Shown here piece by piece: positions 33,793-39,258 of a stretch of DNA of 39,258 nucleotides. The notes under the pieces are model-generated. The model searched no databases. It worked only from the letters and a program-made list of their open reading frames with translations, and was not told the DNA's origin. Source of the DNA: a virus; IMG/VR virus record IMGVR_UViG_3300032007_000195; one strand, given 5' to 3'. Position 1 is the first letter of the stretch; each line of letters begins with the position of its first letter. The translations under genes and the position numbers were made by a program.

Positions 33793-34308
33793 TTAGATTC
33801 TGCTCCATCCTTCGTCTGTGATGAAGTAACCGTACTCGTGAGCCATGTTGCGGTTGTGGCATTCGATGATTCCTTCTATCTCCAGCCAGGCAATAGCCTT
33901 GCAAAACTCTCTGTACTGAAGTTCCAAACCCTGATTGCGGATGATCATGTCGGTGGTGTGAGCACCCTGAATGATTGCGTTTATAACCTTCTGGGCGATT
34001 GACTTGTCGACTGATTTGCTCTTCAGGGTTATTTCTTCCCATCCGTAGCTGTCGCAGTAGAAGTACTTTCCGTCTATCATAACCACGTCCGATGTGCTAA
34101 GTGAGCGACCCTTGTACTCTGATGGGCGACGGCCAACATTGAAAGCCGTGTAAATGTCGTCGAGGTCTGCATCATCCTCAATCTCGCCTGTGAATACTTC
34201 GTTGTAGTCTTCCTTCGTTGGCATGATGTTGTTTTCTGTCACGAAATCGAGACTCATGAATGTTGCTTTGTTCTCTGCTGGAAGCTGGAAAATTGTGAAA
34301 GTCTTCAT
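33793..34308 (-). CDS. YodL-like N-terminal domain protein with a putative winged-helix C-terminus
   Basis: FTIFQLPAEN...YNEVFTGEI...LDDIYTAFNVGRRPSEYKGRSLSTSDVVMI matches my recollection of the YodL-like pattern. This is a by-eye call. Confidence 0.4.
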   Translation of the reverse strand: MKTFTIFQLPAENKATFMSLDFVTENNIMPTKEDYNEVFTGEIEDDADLDDIYTAFNVGRRPSEYKGRSLSTSDVVMIDGKYFYCDSYGWEEITLKSKSVDKSIAQKVINAIIQGAHTTDMIIRNQGLELQYREFCKAIAWLEIEGIIECHNRNMAHEYGYFITDEGWSRI

Positions 34309-34367
34309 AATCTTGTGCCGCTTATCCGTTGCCGCCGGTTCTTGTTGTTTTGTTTAATTTTTCTACT

Positions 34368-34375
34368 GCAAAGAT
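34368..34375 (-). promoter_or_regulatory. Bacteroidetes-type -7 promoter box (TATCTTTG) for the 34308-33178 unit
   Basis: The minus strand reads TATCTTTG, about 60 nt upstream of the ATG at 34308. Confidence 0.45.
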
Positions 34376-34382
34376 ACGGCAT

Positions 34383-34398
34383 TTTGTAATATGGTACA
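34383..34398. promoter_or_regulatory. Palindrome TTGTA-ATATGG-TACAA just upstream of the -7 box (candidate operator); related TTGTTACAA at 34424-34432 and TTTTGTAAT x2
   Basis: Read directly from the sequence. It overlaps the expected -33 region of the promoter. Confidence 0.3.
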
Positions 34399-34543
34399 AC
34401 TTTTGGGGCAATTATTTTGCATCTTGTTACAATATTTGGCCGTTTTGTAATCACTGAAATAGCAAAATCGCATAAAAAACCGCATTTCTACTATGGTTAG
34501 CTTCTCCCCTCGCCTACGGGAGAGGGGCAGGGGGTGAGGCTGT

Positions 34544-34570
34544 AAAAAAAAGGGCTCGCCGCTGCGAGCC
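34544..34570 (-). terminator. Intrinsic terminator ending the lysis operon
   Basis: Minus strand reads GGCTCG-CAGCGG-CGAGCC, then C TTTTTTTT. Confidence 0.65.
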
Positions 34571-34693
34571 AATAAATTAACTAATGCTTTAACCTTCTAA
34601 TGAATGATTAGCCCACACCATCGCGGCGGAGGCTAATCCAGTGACAAAGTAACAAAGTAAATATATTCAAGATATGTCTATATTAAGGATATT

Positions 34694-34828
34694 CTATGAT
34701 AGATATACTGCCCACAGCATGAGGAATATCAGCAGCAGGATGAGCAACTGCCAGATGCAGCCGTGAGGGTCCTCGTCTTGTGGCTTTTGCCGGTTGAGGT
34801 ATTCGTCGAAACTGGGATTGTAGTACAT
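34694..34828 (-). CDS. Small tail-anchored membrane protein (44 aa) following the endolysin gene
   Basis: Hand translation gives MYYNPSFDEYLNRQKPQDEDPHGCIWQLLILLLIFLMLWAVYLS*. The start lies 2 nt after the endolysin stop. Confidence 0.4.
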   Translation of the reverse strand: MYYNPSFDEYLNRQKPQDEDPHGCIWQLLILLLIFLMLWAVYLS

Positions 34829-34830
34829 GG

Positions 34831-35499
34831 CTATATATTGATGTATTCTGGTATGCAGTCATAGCAAGGACAGCTCTTAATTCGTTCCCACGGCTCGATG
34901 CAACCGTTTCCGTTCAGATCGGGAGAGAAGTCCCGATGTCCCTTTATCCTGGCCGTCGGGTATGCTGCCCTGAGCATCTTAAGCAGGCTGACGAGCGATG
35001 CCTTCTGGTTGGGTGTTCGGGTGTCGGCAGGGTTGCCCTTGGCATCTAAGCCACCAACATAGCAGACGCCTATGCTGTGGGCATTATGTCCGCTTACGTG
35101 AGCCCCGATGAGGTCAACATCGCGCCCCTTCTCTATCCTTCCATCCAGGCGAATCAGATAGTGATACCCAATGTCTGACCACCCAAGGGCCTTGTGCATC
35201 CTGCGCACGTCTGCCACCGTCAGGTCCTTGCCGTATTCGCTGGCAGTGCAATGGATGACAATATCTGTTATCTGGCGTCGTGACTTCTTTATGCTGAATT
35301 TTGCGGCAAGCAGCTTTGCGATGGTGGCGGGGCCAACAATGCCGTCGTCTGCCAATCCGTTCTCGCGCTGGAAGGATTTGACCGCTTCCTCTGTGATGGG
35401 GCCAAATATTCCGTCGGGGATAACGCCCAATCCTGCATTGCGCAGGGCCTCCTGGATGCGCTGCACCATTATGCCGGATGAACCTCTTTTGTATGTCAT
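34831..35499 (-). CDS. Endolysin: PG_binding_1 domain plus N-acetylmuramoyl-L-alanine amidase (Amidase_2/PGRP)
   Basis: VQRIQEALRNAGL...DGIFGPITEEAVKSFQRENGLADDGIVGPAT is the peptidoglycan-binding repeat. IVIHCTASEYG...GYHYLIRLDGRIEKGR...GAHVSGHN is the amidase_2 signature. Confidence 0.9.
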   Translation of the reverse strand: MTYKRGSSGIMVQRIQEALRNAGLGVIPDGIFGPITEEAVKSFQRENGLADDGIVGPATIAKLLAAKFSIKKSRRQITDIVIHCTASEYGKDLTVADVRRMHKALGWSDIGYHYLIRLDGRIEKGRDVDLIGAHVSGHNAHSIGVCYVGGLDAKGNPADTRTPNQKASLVSLLKMLRAAYPTARIKGHRDFSPDLNGNGCIEPWERIKSCPCYDCIPEYINI

Positions 35500-35502
35500 G
35501 CT

Positions 35503-35757
35503 TTAGTCGTTGTTAACTTCTATATTCGTATTGCCGTGGCTGATCTTCAGGTCGTAGCCTAACTCAATGACTCTGTATCCTAATGCCAGAGCTGCGAACC
35601 CCATCAGTTCGCCTACGCATGTAATGACTGACCCGTCTATTACTCCATGCGGCGGGGTGAAGAATCCTCCTATAATCAGTCCTATACTCACTATCAGACA
35701 CACGCCGAATACAATCTTGCAGGCCCTGCACACTCTCGTTTTTTTAACGTCGCACAT
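35503..35757 (-). CDS. Putative holin (84 aa, two transmembrane segments)
   Basis: Hydrophobic segments IVFGVCLIVSIGLIIGGFF and VITCVGELMGFAALALGY. The gene is immediately upstream of the endolysin gene. Confidence 0.55.
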   Translation of the reverse strand: MCDVKKTRVCRACKIVFGVCLIVSIGLIIGGFFTPPHGVIDGSVITCVGELMGFAALALGYRVIELGYDLKISHGNTNIEVNND

Positions 35758-35766
35758 TTTGTTTTA

Positions 35767-35794
35767 TTGAACATTGAATATTGAACATTGAGCA
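35767..35794. repeat. Heptamer tandem repeat ttgaaca/ttgaata/ttgaaca/ttgagca just upstream of the holin start
   Basis: Read directly from the sequence. TGA recurs with period 7 on the plus strand, and ATG with period 7 on the minus strand. Confidence 0.8.
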
Positions 35795-35872
35795 TTCTTG
35801 CTTGCTCTTCATTCATCAACAGCAATCAGGCATAAGGTTTACTGTTAGAGGTTAGGGGTTAGCGGTAGGGGC

Positions 35873-35906
35873 AAAAAAAAAGCCCCGAACCTCGCGGCTC
35901 AGGGCT
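35873..35906 (-). terminator. Strong intrinsic terminator inside the lysis region
   Basis: Minus strand reads AGCCCTGAGCC-GCGA-GGTTCGGGGCT followed by TTTTTTTTT. Confidence 0.7.
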
Positions 35907-36054
35907 TCACATGAAACAAACATTCCAAAAATCTCCCTATGAAATCACAAACGGGAAGAGGGGGTTCCCGTGTACGGTGCTGCTTGGCTTATCCCCGATT
36001 GGGCCTTCCCTCTCCCTTATTATGCAAAAGATGCTGATTGGTATGGTGAGCTGC

Positions 36055-36228
36055 TTATTCTGGCTTGGTGAACAGTGTACAGATTTCAATGATAGCAGTA
36101 CCTGCCACCACGATGGCCGAGTTAATCTCTGTGGCGTGTTCTGTGCAGGTGGCGGTAACGATTGCCACTGCTGCTGTCTGTAAGGCTCCTACGATGCCGG
36201 ATACCAGGGCGAATACTTTCTTGCTCAT
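36055..36228 (-). CDS. Small hydrophobic protein (57 aa), holin/antiholin-like (below the ORF-track cutoff)
   Basis: Hand translation gives MSKKVFALVSGIVGALQTAAVAIVTATCTEHATEINSAIVVAGTAIIEICTLFTKPE*. The ORF follows the u-spanin gene. Confidence 0.45.
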   Translation of the reverse strand: MSKKVFALVSGIVGALQTAAVAIVTATCTEHATEINSAIVVAGTAIIEICTLFTKPE

Positions 36229-36233
36229 TTTTT

Positions 36234-36665
36234 TTATGGTTTTAGTTTAACATATAACTTCATAGCTCCGTAGATTGCGGCAATGCCTAATATTGCCATC
36301 ATGATGTTGCCCAGGTTGAGCCGTAGTTTCTGCCACCAGGTGAGGGGTTTATCTATATACTCGGGTACAGGGTAAGGCTTCGGGATGGTGTCTGTCTTGC
36401 TGATATAGGTTGTATCATGCACCAGCTTCTCCTTGTACTTCGTATGCCATTTCTCCACAAGGACGGTATCGCCATTATCGTGTATATACGTCGAGTCGTG
36501 CAGCCATACCGAATCCTTCTGTAGCTTTGTCTGTATCAGCGTGTCGGTGTGGTATTCCGGCACCGTAACATACTTCGTGGTCGTGCAGCCGGTGAGCAAC
36601 CAGACAAGGATAGTTGCATAAGCTACCAGATAAAATACAATATTCTTACTATTCATATTCTTCAC
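36234..36665 (-). CDS. Unimolecular spanin candidate (N-terminal lipoprotein signal plus C-terminal transmembrane anchor)
   Basis: Lipobox LLTGC after a hydrophobic signal (IVFYLVAYATILVW). The C-terminal transmembrane segment is NIMMAILGIAAIYGAMKLYV. The architecture matches phage T1 gp11. Confidence 0.55.
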   Translation of the reverse strand: MKNMNSKNIVFYLVAYATILVWLLTGCTTTKYVTVPEYHTDTLIQTKLQKDSVWLHDSTYIHDNGDTVLVEKWHTKYKEKLVHDTTYISKTDTIPKPYPVPEYIDKPLTWWQKLRLNLGNIMMAILGIAAIYGAMKLYVKLKP

Positions 36666-36687
36666 TCTTCATTCTTCATTCTTCATT
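36657..36687 (-). repeat. 31-nt element, copy B; exact copy of 4939-4969
   Basis: The 31-mers are identical. This copy ends at the ATG of the u-spanin gene and contains the stop of the 36676-36822 ORF. Confidence 0.9.
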
Positions 36688-36822
36688 CTGCTTAGGGTTT
36701 ACCCTTCCCCACTCCGCGAAGTGCTGAGCCAACAGCAGGCTCCCACATTCGGGGTTGTGCTGGAACTCGTCGCTTTCCACGAATCTCTTCCATTCCTCAA
36801 TGACTGCTTTCTCTGCTTTCAT
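36676..36822 (-). CDS. Micro-ORF (48 aa)
   Basis: MKAEKAVIEEWKRFVESDEFQHNPECGSLLLAQHFAEWGRVNPKQNEE*. The start abuts the previous stop (TAAATG). Confidence 0.35.
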   Translation of the reverse strand: MKAEKAVIEEWKRFVESDEFQHNPECGSLLLAQHFAEWGRVNPKQNEE

Positions 36823-36963
36823 TTATCTCTCTCCTTTCTCGTCGAGGCATCCGTTTTCGCCAATGAGGAGAGCACACCCCTGGCAGTGTGCACTCTCCTT
36901 AATCTCGTAGGTGATGCCGACCAACTTGAACTTCTCACCAACCTTGTGTTCATTGTATGTCAT
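36823..36963 (-). CDS. Micro-ORF (46 aa, CxxC...C)
   Basis: MTYNEHKVGEKFKLVGITYEIKESAHCQGCALLIGENGCLDEKGER*. Confidence 0.35.
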   Translation of the reverse strand: MTYNEHKVGEKFKLVGITYEIKESAHCQGCALLIGENGCLDEKGER

Positions 36964-37031
36964 GATGCCTTTGCCAGTTTTTTGCGTTTGATGGCATTGT
37001 GTTTATTCTTACCAGATCGTGCCAGATACAT

Positions 37032-37145
37032 TCAGTATTCTTCTGCTTTCACGCCATAAGGAACATACTTGCCGAATACTCTGTCACCTTCTTCCCATCT
37101 GCACTTGATGAGGTTTGATTTTCTGTTCACACTTAAGATTCTCAT
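37032..37145 (-). CDS. Micro-ORF (37 aa)
   Basis: MRILSVNRKSNLIKCRWEEGDRVFGKYVPYGVKAEEY*. It is followed by a 23-codon ORF coupled through TGAATG and ATGA overlaps. Confidence 0.25.
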   Translation of the reverse strand: MRILSVNRKSNLIKCRWEEGDRVFGKYVPYGVKAEEY

Positions 37146-37218
37146 AATTGATGATTTTTGATTGTTAATAAGTATTGTTGAGTAATTGTTAAGTAATCTT
37201 TGTACATTTCTTTGGCGG

Positions 37219-37743
37219 TTAGCCCTGCGCAGTACTCTCTAACTTGATTCGCTCTTCGAGAACTTCCACATACTCAATCATCAGGCTGTACTGACTTTCC
37301 ATGAGCACCTTCTTGCGGTCTGGCAGACCTTTGAAGATGGGTGTTGAGAAGAACATGTTGAGCTTCTCGATCTTGTCTTTCAACTCCTCGCACTCGTTTA
37401 CCATTCGGCCAACGTATGAGTCTGCGCCCTGAGTTAGTCGCCAATCGTCGGCCATGATGTCCTCCCATGTTGGGATGTAATACGTGGCGCGAGCTGGTGT
37501 CTTTTCGTCGTCCTTGAACTCGATGATTAGTACCTGGTGGTGGTACTCAATCTCGCCAGAGCCGACGGTGCTAATCTTTGGCTTCACGATGTCCTGTACT
37601 GAGGTCATCTTCGGCACGATGTCCTTAGCGATACGCTGAGGAATCTGCATCATGATTTCCTTATCTCCGTTTACGTCCCATGCCATGCGCTGGGCAGTGC
37701 CTCCATTCTTTAGGCACTCAATGACTTCTGCAAATTTTGCCAT
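37219..37743 (-). CDS. DUF2829 (Tad2-like) domain protein with a C-terminal helical extension
   Basis: FAEVIECLKNGGTAQRMAWDVNGDKEIMMQIP ... ATYYIPTWEDIMADDWRL matches the DUF2829 pattern (f.eAl.alk.Gk...R..W......i.lq ... w.ps..Dl.a.DW.i). This is a by-eye call. Confidence 0.55.
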   Translation of the reverse strand: MAKFAEVIECLKNGGTAQRMAWDVNGDKEIMMQIPQRIAKDIVPKMTSVQDIVKPKISTVGSGEIEYHHQVLIIEFKDDEKTPARATYYIPTWEDIMADDWRLTQGADSYVGRMVNECEELKDKIEKLNMFFSTPIFKGLPDRKKVLMESQYSLMIEYVEVLEERIKLESTAQG

Positions 37744-37799
37744 AGTTACTTTTGATTTTGATTGTTAAAATTAAACAGCCCCGCTGGTAGCAGGCTATG

Positions 37800-37830
37800 G
37801 CAGCGGGTAGCTTCGCAGCATACCCGCTGC
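37800..37830 (-). promoter_or_regulatory. Hairpin/cruciform about 43 nt 3' of VR2, with the same architecture as the VR1 hairpin
   Basis: Minus strand reads GCAGCGGGTA-T-GCT-GCGA-AGC-TACCCGCTGC: a 10-bp stem, a 1-nt bulge, a 3-bp stem and a tetraloop. Confidence 0.6.
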
Positions 37831-37859
37831 AAGGTTTAATACGCTACGCTTCGCTTCGC

Positions 37860-38513
37860 TTATTCGGGATTCCAAAGCGCGACCGCCTGACAACGATACG
37901 CGCTATTGACGTAGTAGTAGTAGAGCCTGCCGCTGTAGCCGCTGAAGAGCCAAGCGCTGCCGACGCTGTACCTCTGGGCAAACCACCGGTACGCACTGAA
38001 ATCAATTTTCTTAGCACCGGCAAGGCTAAGTGCCATGTTTAGGTTTTTCCTATGGCAATACATAGCCAAGAATACAGGGATGGTAGGCAGATAGTGGCCT
38101 TCCTTCAGCTCGAATGCGAGACCAAGTTGCTTTAGGTACTCTGTCTCACCCTTGAAGTCCCAATTTAGCAGGGCGTCCACCTCGTTGAGGCAATGCTCAT
38201 CCTCGGGGTATTCATCCTCCTTCAGAAGGCGTTGTTCGCCGTAGTCATGATCGAGTGGCACACCGAATGTATGACCATCGTATGCTATGCCTATCATAGC
38301 CACGTCATCCATAAGGTTCTCCCCGTCAAATTCCTCGTAACTGCCATCCTTGTGTACAACGTACACACCATTCTCGATTGGCATAACACCAACAATGGTT
38401 GTCTTGATACCATCCTGAGGCTTCAAATTCCTGCGTGCAAAGTCCAAAGCCTCTTGCGCCTTGCTTCCGAATCTCTCGTAAACGGAAAGCAACTCTTCCA
38501 TATTCATTTCCAT
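37860..38513 (-). CDS. DGR target protein 2: small stand-alone lectin-like (DUF1566/CLec-type) protein
   Basis: 217 aa. ...GHYLPTIPVFLAMYCHRKNLN...FSAYRWFAQRYSVGSAWLFSGYSGRLYYYYVNSAYRCQAVALWNPE. The last roughly 40 aa are encoded by VR2. Confidence 0.85.
   Translation of the reverse strand: MEMNMEELLSVYERFGSKAQEALDFARRNLKPQDGIKTTIVGVMPIENGVYVVHKDGSYEEFDGENLMDDVAMIGIAYDGHTFGVPLDHDYGEQRLLKEDEYPEDEHCLNEVDALLNWDFKGETEYLKQLGLAFELKEGHYLPTIPVFLAMYCHRKNLNMALSLAGAKKIDFSAYRWFAQRYSVGSAWLFSGYSGRLYYYYVNSAYRCQAVALWNPE
37874..37998 (-). repeat. DGR variable repeat 2 (VR2), remote from the TR
   Basis: Hand alignment to the TR at an offset of 16010 nt shows about 19 mismatches, all at TR plus-strand T (coding-strand A). 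Confidence 0.88.
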
Positions 38514-38554
38514 ATTTACTTTTGTTTAATTCTACAATTCTCAAATTCTTGATA

Positions 38555-38585
38555 AAGATAAGAGAGCCGACATACATCAGCCCTG
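38555..38585 (-). terminator. Terminator-like hairpin after the 38590-38991 gene (sequence relative of the 881-910 hairpin)
   Basis: Minus strand reads AGGGCTGAT-GTAT-GTCGGCTCT followed by C TTATCTTTAT. The T-run is weaker. Confidence 0.45.
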
Positions 38586-38589
38586 CTTG

Positions 38590-38991
38590 TCATATTTCAG
38601 TCATTCTGTACTTTTTGTGCCAATTAATTATTGCCCGGATGTTCCCCATTTGTCCCGCCTTGCCGCTTACATTCGTACCACCAATATATTCGCCGGTGGG
38701 GGAATAAACGGATATGCGAGGATGTTCGCCCGTCAAATCAGAAATGGCATGGTAGCCGGATTCGTCACGATAGGCAAGCAAGTGAAAAAGGTCCGTCTCG
38801 GGGAAGCTGACAGGATAAATCATTGTAGCCTCCTCCACACAGCTATATGGCATCGGCGGTTTAAAGGTCTCCAGCACACCTATATGAGGCGAGAACCCGC
38901 ACTGGCAATGCCATACGGGTTCATGCCGAGATGCCAGCGTCGGAGTGAAGACCCAATGCCGGCAAAACTTACAATCAGGTTTCATGTTCAA
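38590..38991 (-). CDS. Hypothetical protein (133 aa), Cys/His-rich N-terminus
   Basis: Track ORF. Contains CKFCRHW...HCQC. No family recognised. Confidence 0.6.
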   Translation of the reverse strand: MNMKPDCKFCRHWVFTPTLASRHEPVWHCQCGFSPHIGVLETFKPPMPYSCVEEATMIYPVSFPETDLFHLLAYRDESGYHAISDLTGEHPRISVYSPTGEYIGGTNVSGKAGQMGNIRAIINWHKKYRMTEI

Positions 38992-39005
38992 TGCTTAGAA
39001 TAATG

Positions 39006-39258
39006 TTAGTTGGGCCTGCTCTGCCTTGATGCGTCGCACGGCACTGGCTTCTCCATCGCTTTCGTAATGGTCGCCATCAGCGTCTCTTGGTCTTGCTTCG
39101 TGATGACTATCTCCGCATCGTTGATGATGGCCGAGTGCTTGCGGCGATAGTTGAACACCTTGCGTCCCCACTTCGTCTTGCAATACGGGTCTCGCTTGTC
39201 GGCCTTTTTCATCTTGCGGGGCATCTTGCCGATGGGTCGCTCAATCTTTACGTTCACC
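39006..39258 (-). CDS. 3' part of the junction-spanning hypothetical gene (see 1-342)
   Basis: The track ORF is open to the window edge. Its apparent start codon is an edge artefact; the real ATG is at 342 in the duplicated copy. Confidence 0.6.
   Translation of the reverse strand, partial: VNVKIERPIGKMPRKMKKADKRDPYCKTKWGRKVFNYRRKHSAIINDAEIVITKQDQETLMATITKAMEKPVPCDASRQSRPN
39132..39258. repeat. Terminal direct repeat, copy 2; identical to 1-127
   Basis: Same comparison as copy 1. Confidence 0.95.

Noticed and set aside
34363-34572. 69-aa minus-strand ORF
   Set aside because: It spans a terminator hairpin, a second hairpin and the promoter/operator region. It begins inside the terminator stem and gives a low-complexity translation (PLPLSRRRGEKL).
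35911-36250. Plus-strand ORFs 35911-36183 and 36065-36250
   Set aside because: They are antisense to a co-oriented 57-aa hydrophobic ORF (36055-36228) and to noncoding sequence upstream of the terminator. No promoter context or motifs.
36721-37059. 112-aa plus-strand ORF
   Set aside because: It lies opposite a chain of translationally coupled minus-strand micro-ORFs in a genome that is otherwise transcribed on the minus strand here. No motif. Likely a shadow ORF, though this rejection is less certain than the others.

Overview
The window is a complete, circularly closed temperate phage genome. Bases 1-127 are identical to 39132-39258, so the unique length is about 39,131 bp, and one minus-strand ORF runs across that junction. 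Nearly all genes are on the minus strand. Only a CI-like repressor (10316-10810) and a tyrosine integrase (11090-12250) are on the plus strand. The virion genes look siphovirus-like: HK97-type portal, protease and capsid, a tape measure, and a G/GT chaperone pair with an A_AAA_AAC -1 slippery site. TAnnTTTG -7 promoter boxes, the absence of Shine-Dalgarno sequences and a DUF3127-type SSB suggest a Bacteroidales host; this is inference.

Modules in minus-strand reading order:
- Early and replication genes: 10069 down to 4965 (HTH protein, SSB-like protein, AAA/helicase-like ATPase, primase).
- Packaging genes: HNH endonuclease, TerS and TerL, 4923 down to 1707.
- Accessory and small ORFs across the junction.
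- A DUF2829 (Tad2-like) gene.
- A lysis cassette: u-spanin, holins and amidase endolysin.
- A self-contained moron-like unit: YodL-like gene, XRE gene and small ORFs.
- Tape measure, distal tail protein, Ig-tagged tail tube and tail fibre.
- A diversity-generating retroelement (DGR).
- Head-tail adaptor, glycosyltransferase fusion, portal, protease, capsid and tube-like proteins, ending in the G/GT chaperones.

The most notable content is a complete DGR (target-VR1, avd, TR, RT at 23870-20597) with a second, remote VR. That VR lies in a small stand-alone lectin-like ORF (37860-38513) about 16 kb from the TR. Every TR/VR mismatch I could align by hand falls on a TR adenine.

Other points worth follow-up:
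- A roughly 600-nt terminator-bounded noncoding locus containing a non-canonical 122-nt tRNA-like element.
- A strand-specific motif (CRGTAAACCY) recurring 30-80 nt upstream of minus-strand gene starts, also present as an inverted repeat in front of the integrase.
- Intergenic tandem repeats of period 5 or 7 that place stop codons in all three frames.
- A scrambled morphogenesis gene order.

All functional calls come from reading the translated ORFs and recognising motifs by eye. No database search was run.
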